A stretch of 64,000 nucleotides of DNA. Source: Clostridia bacterium. GTDB taxonomy: Bacteria; Bacillota; Clostridia; Christensenellales; Borkfalkiaceae. The stretch is from the NCBI GenBank assembly GCA_017462735.1, contig JAFTQO010000009.1, positions 76,645-140,644 of the forward strand, in the 5' to 3' direction. Position numbers and translations under genes: made by a program. A model generated the notes under the pieces. It saw only the letters and a list, made by a program, of their open reading frames with translations. It searched no databases and was not told where the DNA came from. Below are positions 27,694 to 37,147 of this stretch, in pieces; within the stretch, counting starts at the first letter, position 1; each line of letters begins with the position of its first letter.

Positions 27694-30315
27694 TTACGCG
27701 CCGCAGCCGCTCCCAGCGCCTTTCTTGGCGGGTTGTTTAGCGGGGGTGCTACCACAACCCGCGTTAGCCGCAGGAACAACCGTCGTTTCGTCTTGCTTTT
27801 TCTCTTCTTCCTTGATTTCCGCTTTTCTTCTTTCCAATTCATAGGAACGGGTGAAAGGAACTTCTTCATAGACCATATCGATGTCCGTCTTTTTACCGCC
27901 GCAACCAGACTTAACTTCGTTGGCGTGAGGCAAGCCAAGCGTCAAGACAAGTTTCGTTTCTTCCGTATTCATATCCATCGTATAGAACTTGTCGAGTTCG
28001 TACACTTGTTGTACCGCTTCTTTTTCGTGATGAGGCTTGTATGCCTTGAAGATAGCCGACTCTTTCTTCTTGAAGTACAAAGTTTTGTTAAGTTTGTCGT
28101 AAGTAACTGCTTGTACGTTGAAGGAAAGTTTGCGTACGTTGTGTCCTTCTTTGTCCATCTTGTACAAGGAAAGTGCCTTTTCTTTTTCGCCGACTTGTTC
28201 ATAACGGACGTAGTAGAGGCAATCCGTCGTAGACCATACGCGGTATACGTCTTTTGCGATACGGATATTCTTCTTGCCGTCGATACGTACGCAACGGAGT
28301 GCGTTGAAAATATCTACGTAGTATACGAAATTGCCTTGGATTTCCGCATTGCTCTTATATTGCGTGCAAAGAAGGACGCGTTTTTTGCCATCACCGCTGA
28401 CTTTGACGATAGCGGAGTTGAGACTACCCTTTCTACCTTTTTTCACATACAACCAATCGCCGATGACGTTGATGATTTCTTCTACGTTTTGCATGATTTC
28501 TTCACGCGCGCTACCGTCGAAACTGTTGCGGATCAAAGGGCAATATTCTTCGTTGCCGACGAGATAGTAGATTTTATCTTTTTTAAGAGTAAAGAAGTTA
28601 TAGATATTTTTTTCAATCAACTTGCTTTCGTCCGTAGCTAGGTCGTAGACGTAGAGGTCTTGGTTAAGGGCGTTAGGTTCGTATTGCGAATAGACGACTT
28701 TCCCGTCGTAGACGCCGTGGATCATGCAGTCTTGGTCGAGGACTTGCTTGTTTTCGCCCGTGACGAGGTCGCACACCATAAAGACGATTTTCGGGGTAGT
28801 GGTCGTCGTGGCTTTTGCTCCGCAACCGCTTCCTTTGGTCGTCGTGATTTCTTTGTCGAGGAAAGTGTAGAAAAGGCTGTCTTCGAAGATTTCTACCATT
28901 TCCGTCAAGCGGGGTACTACCGTCGTGGAAGTGTTATGTACCATATCGACGACGATAATGCTATAAGGGTTCTCCGTGACCGTTTCCGTGGCGGCGGGTT
29001 GTTTCTTTGCCCCGCAACCGGACGCCGCGATTTTCTTGGAATAGAATTTTTGTACGTAGAAAGATCTACCTTTGTTAACGACGGCGCATTTCAAATCGCC
29101 GTTGATACGGTATTCTGCCATCTTGCCTTCGTCGATTGTGCTTTCCAATTTGTTGAAGACGTCGAAGGAGCAGATCCCTTGATTTTCTTTGAAGTAGTAA
29201 AGTTTGCTGCCATAGCAAGCAATCATTTGCGTGATACCTTTGACAATAGGTTCTTTTTCAGGTTCGCCGTTTACGATTTCGTACAAGGAAAGGGCGCTAG
29301 CAGATTGTTGTGCTTCCGCGGGGGCTGCACCTTTCTTCTTTTTGAGTGCGCTTACGTCCAAGGTGGAGGTATACGTTTCTTTCTTAAAGATAAAGTGTTT
29401 GCCAAAGCAACGATACAATTCGCTGTTGAAAGAGAAATATTGGTTAATCAAATCAATATATTTGACGCTATCCTTATACCCACGTACGTCTTCAAAGAGG
29501 GAAAGCGCCGTACGTTTGTTAGGATTTTCGCCGTTGAATTGTTCAAGCGCTTCTTCGTAGACGGATTTCGCGTCGATGCCGTTTTCTGCAAATTCTTTGC
29601 TCTTTACTTTGTCGTACGCCGTTTGCGCCGCGATATAGGCGGGCATTTTAGAGATGTCGTCTACCTCTTTAACCTCTTTATCAAACAACGCTTTGAGGGC
29701 GGTAAGGTCTGCCTTGATTTCGCTAAGTCTAGTTTTGTCAAGCGCAAATTTTTCCGCATATTTGACAGAATTATCCAAACGCTTGAAGAGGGTTTCTTTT
29801 TCAGCCGTCAACGCCTTACAGATGTTTCCGTAAGAGTCGTAGATTTGGAACATATCCATTTCGGCGTCGGGAGCGTACTTTTCGCCGATTTGTTTGGAAA
29901 GTTCAGCGAGCCCTTCGATCTTTTTGCGGACGGGCACGGCGACGGATTTATAGTCGAGGTACCATGCGGTGGGCACGGCGCCGTTTTTCATCTTGTTGTT
30001 TTCTACAACTTCATCCAATTCGTCGATATAAACATCGGCGTGTTTTTGATAGTCTGCCCAGTCGTAGTTATCAAAGAAGTTTTCGATAAAGACGACGCCC
30101 GATTCGGGGTTGTCAAAACCCATAATGGCGGAGGCGATAGCGTTAACTTTCGTGCGTTGCGCGCTTTCGCTAGAAGCAGGGTTAGAAGACATCAATTCTG
30201 CCGCAACGACAAGTCTACCGCAAGAGGGGCATTCAATCGTTTCGTCGTTTTTGCCCGAGGTGTAGGCAAGGGGTTGACCACAACCGGGACAGGTCCCAGA
30301 TAATAATTCGCTCAT
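27694..30315 (-). CDS. Giant (873 aa) protein: N-terminal double zinc ribbon + beta-propeller-like repeat region (DUF5050-like LYYV repeats) with recurring SGCG[AG]K linker motifs
   Basis: The N-terminus has CPGCG...CPSCG. The C-terminal half has repeated ...KIYYLVG..., ...FVYYVD... and ...CLYYVRY... blades. Four internal SGCGAK/SGCGGK/AGCGS motifs occur, and the terminal residues are GSGCGA. Confidence 0.7.
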   Translation of the reverse strand: MSELLSGTCPGCGQPLAYTSGKNDETIECPSCGRLVVAAELMSSNPASSESAQRTKVNAIASAIMGFDNPESGVVFIENFFDNYDWADYQKHADVYIDELDEVVENNKMKNGAVPTAWYLDYKSVAVPVRKKIEGLAELSKQIGEKYAPDAEMDMFQIYDSYGNICKALTAEKETLFKRLDNSVKYAEKFALDKTRLSEIKADLTALKALFDKEVKEVDDISKMPAYIAAQTAYDKVKSKEFAENGIDAKSVYEEALEQFNGENPNKRTALSLFEDVRGYKDSVKYIDLINQYFSFNSELYRCFGKHFIFKKETYTSTLDVSALKKKKGAAPAEAQQSASALSLYEIVNGEPEKEPIVKGITQMIACYGSKLYYFKENQGICSFDVFNKLESTIDEGKMAEYRINGDLKCAVVNKGRSFYVQKFYSKKIAASGCGAKKQPAATETVTENPYSIIVVDMVHNTSTTVVPRLTEMVEIFEDSLFYTFLDKEITTTKGSGCGAKATTTTTPKIVFMVCDLVTGENKQVLDQDCMIHGVYDGKVVYSQYEPNALNQDLYVYDLATDESKLIEKNIYNFFTLKKDKIYYLVGNEEYCPLIRNSFDGSAREEIMQNVEEIINVIGDWLYVKKGRKGSLNSAIVKVSGDGKKRVLLCTQYKSNAEIQGNFVYYVDIFNALRCVRIDGKKNIRIAKDVYRVWSTTDCLYYVRYEQVGEKEKALSLYKMDKEGHNVRKLSFNVQAVTYDKLNKTLYFKKKESAIFKAYKPHHEKEAVQQVYELDKFYTMDMNTEETKLVLTLGLPHANEVKSGCGGKKTDIDMVYEEVPFTRSYELERRKAEIKEEEKKQDETTVVPAANAGCGSTPAKQPAKKGAGSGCGA

Positions 30316-30362
30316 AAGTTTTCTCCTATAATTTATTTTTAATTTGTTTACAAAGTGGTGGA

Positions 30363-30737
30363 TTAGGGATAATCGACGCCGCCGTTAGGGGGCTTACAAC
30401 GCTTGATGCGTTTAATCCCTTTGATGAAGCCTCGTATGAGGCCGTATTTGTTGATTGCCATAATCATATAGGTGGAGCAAGTCGGCTCGAATCGACACCT
30501 GCCCCGTACGTCCAAGGGCGCCCAAGCCTTATAGGCAAGCACCGTACCGATTGCCGCGCGCTTGACTAAGAAATAGGAGCCTATCGCGGCGACGATGAAA
30601 AATATCCAAGCAGGAAAAGGCAATACGAAAATGGCAAGTAGCGTGCCTCCTATCCAAATCGCCAACAGGGCAAAGAGGGGGAGGAAAAGATAGGTAATCA
30701 GGTCAACGACTCTGATTTCTCTAATTTGTTTTTTCAT
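30363..30737 (-). CDS. yidD: YidD-like membrane protein insertion efficiency factor with extra N-terminal TM segment
   Basis: CRFEPTCSTYMIMAINKYGLIRG...RIKRCKPPNGGVDYP matches the YidD (hemolytic-domain) signature. It overlaps the upstream gene by 4 nt. Confidence 0.7.
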   Translation of the reverse strand: MKKQIREIRVVDLITYLFLPLFALLAIWIGGTLLAIFVLPFPAWIFFIVAAIGSYFLVKRAAIGTVLAYKAWAPLDVRGRCRFEPTCSTYMIMAINKYGLIRGFIKGIKRIKRCKPPNGGVDYP

Positions 30738-31432
30738 TTCAAAATCAAACAGCGACTGTTTCTCATCTCCAAACTCTTTTGTGCTTTTTCGACCAAAACA
30801 AGGGCGTCAGCCTCCGCTTCCGTACCGATTTTAGCGGCGATTTCCGCCACGATAGAGGAAAGTTCCGCCTCTATCCCAGCAAGGGAGGGATGACTCATCG
30901 GGTCGCTAAAACGCACGTTTTCGGCAAAATCGTTAAGCGCCTTACGGAGTTCTGCGTTGGTGGCGTTTGTCGCGCAGTCGTCTACGTCCGCTTTGAGTAA
31001 ACGGATGTACATCACTTTTTCTTTGGTGTGTTTTGCCTCTTTGCGCATATATTCGGCACCGCCAAGGGCGAAGATAGCTACGATAATATAGGCAATGGTA
31101 AGGACGAGTTCTACCGCCAAAACAACGATATAGGGCAGGAACCAAAGTTTAAAGGTAAAAAGGAATGCAGCGAGGACGTAGAGGGCAAAGAAAATTCCGC
31201 TCACGTAATATACGACGACCAAACTGACCATGTCGCCAGCGCCTTTTCTAGTCCCCCAGAAATGCAAGCCGATAGCGGCGCCCAACCCAACGAAGGTCAT
31301 AAACGCCCAAACCGTCCAAAAGACTGCCGTCTCCATAATAGTGCTAGGCGCGAGTGCAAATAATAAAATGTTAGAGGCTGCGCAAACCAAGACGATGATG
31401 ATTAAAAGTAAGTATTTTCTCAATTTTTTCAT
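30734..31432 (-). CDS. Hypothetical polytopic membrane protein with C-terminal cytoplasmic helical domain
   Basis: It has four predicted TM helices and a charged or helical C-terminus. It sits between the SPFH and yidD-like genes in the same operon. Confidence 0.55.
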   Translation of the reverse strand: MKKLRKYLLLIIIVLVCAASNILLFALAPSTIMETAVFWTVWAFMTFVGLGAAIGLHFWGTRKGAGDMVSLVVVYYVSGIFFALYVLAAFLFTFKLWFLPYIVVLAVELVLTIAYIIVAIFALGGAEYMRKEAKHTKEKVMYIRLLKADVDDCATNATNAELRKALNDFAENVRFSDPMSHPSLAGIEAELSSIVAEIAAKIGTEAEADALVLVEKAQKSLEMRNSRCLILK

Positions 31433-31459
31433 ATTCGTTCTCCTTGAGGGGGGGTAGGA

Positions 31460-32542
31460 TTATCCTAATTTGTGACCGCAGTTCATACAGAACTTACTGT
31501 TTCCCTCGCAACGGGTGCCACATTCGGGACAGAATTTAGCCGCGGGGGCTTGCGGGACAGGTTGCCCGCACGTCATACAGAATTTTGCGCCGTCTGCAAC
31601 GGGTGAGCCGCAAGAAGGACAAACCTTATTAGAGGGGGCAGGCGTTTGAGTGGGTTGTTGGGACATCCCTTGGTACATATTGCCGACCTCTCTGCCGATA
31701 CCTGCGCCCATACCGAGCCCTACGCCCATATTGATAAAACTGCCGCCTGCGCCACCGGCATTGGTAGCCGCGCCTTCGAGGATATCGAAACGGCGTTCGT
31801 CGAAGTAGGTGTATCCTTCGATATCGCGGGATTGACGACGACCGTAACTTTCCATAACGGTATCTTTCATCTTCTTCAAGGCGTCCAAATCCCCGTCGCT
31901 AGGCATAATGGACGCTAGGCTGAAGTTGACTAATTCTAACCCGAATTTTTCAATTTTTGCGTTGAGTTTGCCGAGGATAGTTTCTTCCAACGCGCTAAGT
32001 TTCGTTGTGATTTCTAAGATGCTGATTTTTTGCTCGATAATCGCGGAGGCAATCGTCTCTTTGATGGAAGACATCATCATCCCTTTGATCGCACGGCTAA
32101 CTTCCGCTACCGTATATTCTTTAAGTTGTCCGACGATCCCGACGAGGAATCTGCGGGAGTCTTTCACGCGAATACCCATTTGCCCTCTTGCGCGTACGCT
32201 GACGAGCATGGAGTATTTCGGGTCCTCTAATTGGATAGGGGAGTCCGTCCCCCAAAGCATGTCGAGGACGTTGACTTTATTGATAAAATAGACGTCGCAG
32301 GGAAGGGGCGTTCTGCCGCCGAAGAGGTGGCTGAAGAACTTCTTCAGCAAAGGCACGTTTTCCGAAGAAAGGGTGTGTGCCCCTGCGGGGAACAAATCCA
32401 ACGCTTGCCCGTTTTTAAAGAAAATCGCCTCTTGCGATTCGTAGACGATGAGACGGGATTTTGCATTGAAATCTTCGATATGACTGCGGACAACCAACTG
32501 GTCGTTAGTCATTTCCTGTTCGATGAGTTGTAAGACTGACAT
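31460..32542 (-). CDS. SPFH/Band-7 (YdjI-type) domain protein with C-terminal double zinc ribbon
   Basis: ATG follows AAAGGAGAAAAA. It has the SPFH/Band_7_1 family body and a Gly/Ala-rich linker. The C-terminal CPSCG...CMTCG...CPECG...CMNCG forms two zinc ribbons. Confidence 0.75.
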   Translation of the reverse strand: MSVLQLIEQEMTNDQLVVRSHIEDFNAKSRLIVYESQEAIFFKNGQALDLFPAGAHTLSSENVPLLKKFFSHLFGGRTPLPCDVYFINKVNVLDMLWGTDSPIQLEDPKYSMLVSVRARGQMGIRVKDSRRFLVGIVGQLKEYTVAEVSRAIKGMMMSSIKETIASAIIEQKISILEITTKLSALEETILGKLNAKIEKFGLELVNFSLASIMPSDGDLDALKKMKDTVMESYGRRQSRDIEGYTYFDERRFDILEGAATNAGGAGGSFINMGVGLGMGAGIGREVGNMYQGMSQQPTQTPAPSNKVCPSCGSPVADGAKFCMTCGQPVPQAPAAKFCPECGTRCEGNSKFCMNCGHKLG

Positions 32543-32751
32543 TTTTTCTCCTTTCGCACGTCTTTGTATAGTTTTCAAACGGCGAGAAAATATAAACTAT
32601 TATCATATATGATAATCCCTTTAATAATATCATAGGTATTTACAACTGTCAATACATTTTTGAAAATTCCTTAACAAAAAACGACATATTTCGCCAAGGG
32701 GGAATATGCCGTTTCTGTGGAATGGATTCTGTGTATTATTTTTGATAAATA

Positions 32752-33582
32752 TTAAAGGCGTTTAATAGGAATTAAATAACCATCAACGATTCCGTCAGGG
32801 TATACGAATGTTTTAATTTTTTCGAAATCGTCAAATTGTACCCAAATGTATTTTTTAGAAATATCTACAATTGTTCCGTTGCCGTACTTTTTGTGGGTAA
32901 GGCGAAGACCAATAATACGTCTAATTAGTTCTAAGGGGTATTCACGAAGGTTGTTTTTTATCTCAATGTTTGGGTCGTTGGGAGATTTTTCATATTCGTC
33001 AACGATCGGTATTCCCCAAAAGCCGTTTTGGGGGAGACTAAGACGAGGCTTGGGTTGTATTAAGGTTGAATTTTCTCGAGGGATTGTTTGAGGGGGCTGG
33101 TGAAGAGGGCGGTCGAGATGAGGATTGTTTTGAGGGCGGCTTGAGCCCAAATTTTTGGGTGCCTCGACGGAGGTATTGGGAACGCATTTAAAAGTTGTAG
33201 GCGCGGTGCTAGTGTTTTCTTTGTGAGTCAACGACTTTATCCATAAAACAAGGAGAGTAATTGCTGCTACCGCAATTAAAATGATACAAAAAGAAGTGCC
33301 GAAATCATTCACTTCAATGGTACCTTTTGGCGAACTACCACAACGAGAACAAACCTTAAGAGAAGAGGCTTTTGCTTGTTCGTAACCCATAGGAATTGCT
33401 GAATTCCACAGATAACCGCAACCAGGAGAGTGGTAACGGTTGCCTGTTTCAGTCCTATATACAAGCCCTTCGGTGTGTTTAAAAACTGCGTCGTTAATTA
33501 TGATTGTGAAAAGAATAGTAAGTCCTATACTTAATAAAGAAATTACAATAATTTTTACAACAGTCCAAGATTTATTGCTCAT
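32752..33582 (-). CDS. Membrane-anchored hypothetical protein with RYHSPGC..Y / CSRCG Cys motifs and a Pro/Gln-rich linker
   Basis: It has an N-terminal TM helix, then GNRYHSPGCGYL...CSRCGS, a second TM helix, a P/Q-rich linker and a C-terminal globular domain. Confidence 0.55.
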   Translation of the reverse strand: MSNKSWTVVKIIVISLLSIGLTILFTIIINDAVFKHTEGLVYRTETGNRYHSPGCGYLWNSAIPMGYEQAKASSLKVCSRCGSSPKGTIEVNDFGTSFCIILIAVAAITLLVLWIKSLTHKENTSTAPTTFKCVPNTSVEAPKNLGSSRPQNNPHLDRPLHQPPQTIPRENSTLIQPKPRLSLPQNGFWGIPIVDEYEKSPNDPNIEIKNNLREYPLELIRRIIGLRLTHKKYGNGTIVDISKKYIWVQFDDFEKIKTFVYPDGIVDGYLIPIKRL

Positions 33583-33707
33583 TTTTATTTTCCGCGCTTT
33601 GTTAATTGATTTTTGGATTAAAATAATGAAAAATTATAGAAAAAAATAAGTTGAAACAATGTATATATTCGTCAAAAATCGTCAAAAATCCTTTTTTATA
33701 GCAAAAC

Positions 33708-33750
33708 ACACTTCCTTGCACCTTGTAGTCCAAGGTAGTGGAAGTGTGCT
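33708..33750 (-). terminator. Rho-independent terminator downstream of tRNA-Gly
   Basis: On the minus strand, cacacttcc...ggaagtgtg is followed by TTTTGCT. Confidence 0.5.
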
Positions 33751-33754
33751 TGGT

Positions 33755-33829
33755 TGGAGCAGGTGACGAGAGTCGAACTCGCCGGGAACAGCTTGGGAAG
33801 CTGCCGCCATACCGCTAGGCGACACCTGC
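33755..33829 (-). tRNA. tRNA-Gly (anticodon CCC), CCA encoded
   Basis: The reverse complement is GCAGGTGTCGCCTAGCGGTATGGCGGCAGCTTCCCAAGCTGTTCCCGGCGAGTTCGACTCTCGTCACCTGCTCCA. It has a 7 bp acceptor stem, anticodon loop TTCCCAA, T-loop TTCGACT and discriminator U, like E. coli tRNA-Gly(CCC). Confidence 0.85.
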
Positions 33830-34021
33830 ATATTTAAAAGTGTCCTTATTATAATGCTTTTTCCGTCGCTTGTCAACGATTTTTTATATTTTTAGCGGAT
33901 TTTTTGCAAAAAAGCCGTGTAAAGACGAAAAAAAAGGGGGAGTTTTCAAAAACGGTCATTGACAGTTTGTCCGTTTTGTGTTACAATTAATCCGCTAACA
34001 AACATCATAAAGGAGAGGGTT

Positions 34022-35320
34022 ATGAAGGGGAAGAAAAAACTCCTAATGACGGTAACGGCTTTTGCAATGTCGGCAGTTGCGTTCAGCGGCACTTTTGGCG
34101 TAGCGCAAGCGAGTGCGGCGGACGGCTTAGTACATAGTTGCGAGGAAGACCAATATTGTTTGGTCTGTGATTTGGCGCAAAAAATCAACGAAGAGTTGCC
34201 GATTGCTAGCGAAATTTCGCTGGATAACGCGGCGGCGGTTATCCAAACCATCCACGACATTGACCGTATCAAATTCGATTTAACGGACGAACAGTTCGAC
34301 GAATTGTCGTTGCTCGTTGACGTCGGGGCATATGGCTACGTGTATAAGTACTATCAAGCGATAGATGCTGTCAACAACGTAGAGGGCGGGATAAATTTGG
34401 CTATTGCAAAGAGTATCGTCCTTAGTGGTGAAACGTTGTCGAGTACAGAAGAGACGGAAATATCTTTCGAAATAGTCAATGTTGACACCAATCAAGCAAC
34501 TACGCTGACTATGTACGATTTAGGAACGTCGATGAATACGTTGACGGGGGACGAACCGTTATTCCAACAGACCTGTTTTACGACGGGTAACGGACATTAC
34601 GAGATGACGGCGGACGGTTGGATTTTTCAATACGTATTGTCCGCAGGGACGTATACCATTAGAGAAATCAATTTAGAAAAACCCGTAACCATCAACGGAA
34701 AACAGCGTTGTAATCCCAACGTCACGATACAAACGGAAGAAGGAGCCGTCTACGGCGATACGGTGACGGTAACGCTGACGGAAGGGGAGACGAGCAACGT
34801 TTCTTTCACCAATAGTTACTCTTCTATTTCTATCTATAAGTTTGTAGACGAGGAGGGCAACTTGCTGACGGAAGGCGTGACGGTGACAGGGACCGATTTT
34901 GACGGCGAGACGGAAATTGTCGGCTCGCAAACGTATGAAAGAGACTATTCTTATAGCGGTACGTTGACGTTGACCGAAGTCCCGGAAGGGTACTGTTTAC
35001 CCAATCCTATCGATTACGAAATCAGCAATGGAAGCGAGAATAGTTTCGGCGATAACGGTCAACTACATATTTCGCAATTAGCCGGAGAGACGACGTTTAC
35101 GTGGACGCTGTATGAGCACTCGTACGGGGAGTGGACGGAGACGAAAGCCCCGACGGGAACAGAAGAGGGACTGCGGCAAAGAGAGTGCATTTCTTGTGGC
35201 CACATAGAAGAAGAATCGATTCCCGTAAAAGAGGAGGAAGGGTCTTATCTAATCTTGTTGATTATAGCAGGTGTCTTCTTGGTGGCGGTAATGATGTTTA
35301 TTGCGACGAAAAAGGGCTGA
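34022..35320 (+). CDS. Secreted cell-surface protein with C-terminal membrane anchor (signal peptide; T/G/E-rich beta-rich repeats; CxxC...CxxC)
   Basis: Signal peptide MKGKKKLLMTVTAFAMSAVAFSG...AQASA. The last ~30 aa are hydrophobic (YLILLIIAGVFLVAVMMFIA) followed by TKKG. Confidence 0.6.
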   Translation: MKGKKKLLMTVTAFAMSAVAFSGTFGVAQASAADGLVHSCEEDQYCLVCDLAQKINEELPIASEISLDNAAAVIQTIHDIDRIKFDLTDEQFDELSLLVDVGAYGYVYKYYQAIDAVNNVEGGINLAIAKSIVLSGETLSSTEETEISFEIVNVDTNQATTLTMYDLGTSMNTLTGDEPLFQQTCFTTGNGHYEMTADGWIFQYVLSAGTYTIREINLEKPVTINGKQRCNPNVTIQTEEGAVYGDTVTVTLTEGETSNVSFTNSYSSISIYKFVDEEGNLLTEGVTVTGTDFDGETEIVGSQTYERDYSYSGTLTLTEVPEGYCLPNPIDYEISNGSENSFGDNGQLHISQLAGETTFTWTLYEHSYGEWTETKAPTGTEEGLRQRECISCGHIEEESIPVKEEEGSYLILLIIAGVFLVAVMMFIATKKG

Positions 35321-35388
35321 TAAGGATAGGTTGCAGAAAAAGATTGCGATTTTTTTTGTCGCAATCTTTTTTTAACACTCTTTTTTTC

Positions 35389-36417
35389 TTAGCAACTTTT
35401 TGGGCGTATGCACTCGCCTGTGGCGGCGCTTTGGAAAATGACGAAAAAGCCTTTCTTTTCGTCAAAGACGTTGACGGGCACAAAGACGCAAGCCTCGCCC
35501 AATTCCTCAGGTGGGGTAGACTCGTCCTTGGCGGCGACGGCGTAGCAGATGTATTTTGGCGCGAGGTCTTCGTAGACCACCCCGACGAGATATTGCGGAT
35601 TCTTTTCTTCCCCCTTAATACGCACCCACTCGCTGGCGGCAAACACTTTATTTAAGGTATCGTCGCGTGGATGAGCGGCAAATAGGCCGTCGATTTCGCT
35701 TTGGACGGCGTCGTAATATCCGTGCCCGTCCACCGCAAACGGGTGGCGTACGTCTTCATCATGGTCATTTTGCGAAAGGTCAGTCCGCTCTTTCTCTTTT
35801 TCGTCTTTACGTCCAGCCTCAGGCGGTGCATTTTCGCTACCTTTTTCAAGCAAATCGGGTTCATCGTTTTCTTCCTTTTCATAATAATTTTCGCTAGCCA
35901 TGCGTTCGTCGTCGTAGGCGCAGGCGGCGGCGCTTTCGGGCGAGGCGCTAGGCCTTTCTGGGTAGGATTTTTCATTGATTTCGTCCACGGGTGCCTCGTT
36001 TTCTTCTTTCGGCGACGCAGATATCGACTTTTTGATTCGTTTTTCTTTGGGGAAAGCGGCGTCTAGCATACTACTGAACGCGTACTGCTTATCCCCGTTT
36101 ATCCCACAGGCGATAGGGACGATGTCTTCGTGAGCAAAACAAACGACCCCGCAAAACCCTTCTTCTAAGTTGAGTTCGCTAAGTAGGTTAAAGTAGCATT
36201 TTCCGCGCAAAGGTAATTTTTCCACCCGCCCGTACCCGTCGCTGATTAGGCAATAATATTCGCCCGCAGCCAGCGGCGCAAAATTGATGACGGAGACCTC
36301 AACTGCCAAATTCTGTCCGTATTTTTCTACTTTAATAAGTCCTGATAACGGTTTTCCGTCTCCAGAAAATCCGTTCCGCAACTGCCGTAAAATACAAGTT
36401 TTTTTGTAATATTTCAT
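35389..36417 (-). CDS. Hypothetical protein with central acidic low-complexity linker
   Basis: ATG follows GGGGGCG. Its N- and C-terminal globular parts are separated by an E/D/K-rich stretch. No family was recognised. Confidence 0.5.
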   Translation of the reverse strand: MKYYKKTCILRQLRNGFSGDGKPLSGLIKVEKYGQNLAVEVSVINFAPLAAGEYYCLISDGYGRVEKLPLRGKCYFNLLSELNLEEGFCGVVCFAHEDIVPIACGINGDKQYAFSSMLDAAFPKEKRIKKSISASPKEENEAPVDEINEKSYPERPSASPESAAACAYDDERMASENYYEKEENDEPDLLEKGSENAPPEAGRKDEKEKERTDLSQNDHDEDVRHPFAVDGHGYYDAVQSEIDGLFAAHPRDDTLNKVFAASEWVRIKGEEKNPQYLVGVVYEDLAPKYICYAVAAKDESTPPEELGEACVFVPVNVFDEKKGFFVIFQSAATGECIRPKSC

Positions 36418-36578
36418 ATACGCCCCCAATAAGCCTTGGTTTTTTCAGTATATCTTGTCATAAAGGGAAAAGATTGGCTAACATCGTCGCAAGTCGTCGA
36501 AATTGGTCGAAAAAATACCGCGGCGTGTCAAAGGCATAAAAAAATCTGTTTTCCGCTGCGCATTTTCACAAAGAAGGG

Positions 36579-36607
36579 TTGACCAACGGATGAAAATTTC
36601 GTATAAT
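36579..36607 (+). promoter_or_regulatory. Consensus sigma-A promoter TTGACC-N17-TATAAT, giving a (near-)leaderless vanZ-like mRNA
   Basis: TATAAT ends only 6 nt before ATG 36614. No SD is possible in that space. Confidence 0.55.
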
Positions 36608-36613
36608 AAGGGT

Positions 36614-37147
36614 ATGAAAGAAAAAAAATGGGTAAAAATCGTATTTCGAGTGCTGTTGACGGGGCTGACGGCGGCGTTAATCGTGTGGATATTTTCCAAC
36701 TCCTTACAGGTGGCGGAGTCCTCTGCGGAACAAAGCGATTCTTTCACGAAAAAGTTGCAGAATTTTTTTAAAATTATCGCGCCCGACTCCTTTATTGCGA
36801 CGGCGACGGGGGCAGACTTTGACCGCTTGGAAGCAGTCGTACGGGTGATTGCGCATTTTTCCGAATTTGCCTTACTTGGCGCGCTTGCCTTTTGGACGTA
36901 TCGCGCGTATACGCCAAAAAAAATATGGATGATAGCCCCTTTCGTCGGGGCGGCGCTAGTGGCGATAATAGACGAAATTTTGCAGTATTTTACCCCGGGA
37001 AGAGCCTTTCAAATCACGGACGTGCTCATTGATTGGGCGGGGGTGGGCGCAGGTTGTCTGTTTGCCCTTGCCACGGTGGCAATCGGGACGAGGATAGGCA
37101 GAAAGAGACGGGAAAAACAGGCAAAAAAGGCGGAGAGTGAAGTATGA
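36614..37147 (+). CDS. VanZ family protein
   Basis: It has four TM helices and the VRVIAHFSEFALLGALAF motif typical of the VanZ-like family. Confidence 0.7.
   Translation: MKEKKWVKIVFRVLLTGLTAALIVWIFSNSLQVAESSAEQSDSFTKKLQNFFKIIAPDSFIATATGADFDRLEAVVRVIAHFSEFALLGALAFWTYRAYTPKKIWMIAPFVGAALVAIIDEILQYFTPGRAFQITDVLIDWAGVGAGCLFALATVAIGTRIGRKRREKQAKKAESEV

Noticed and set aside
27733-30303. Long plus-strand ORFs 27733..28641 and 28660..30303
   Set aside because: They are antisense to the 873 aa minus-strand gene. Their composition is F/V/R-rich, which is typical of a shadow frame.
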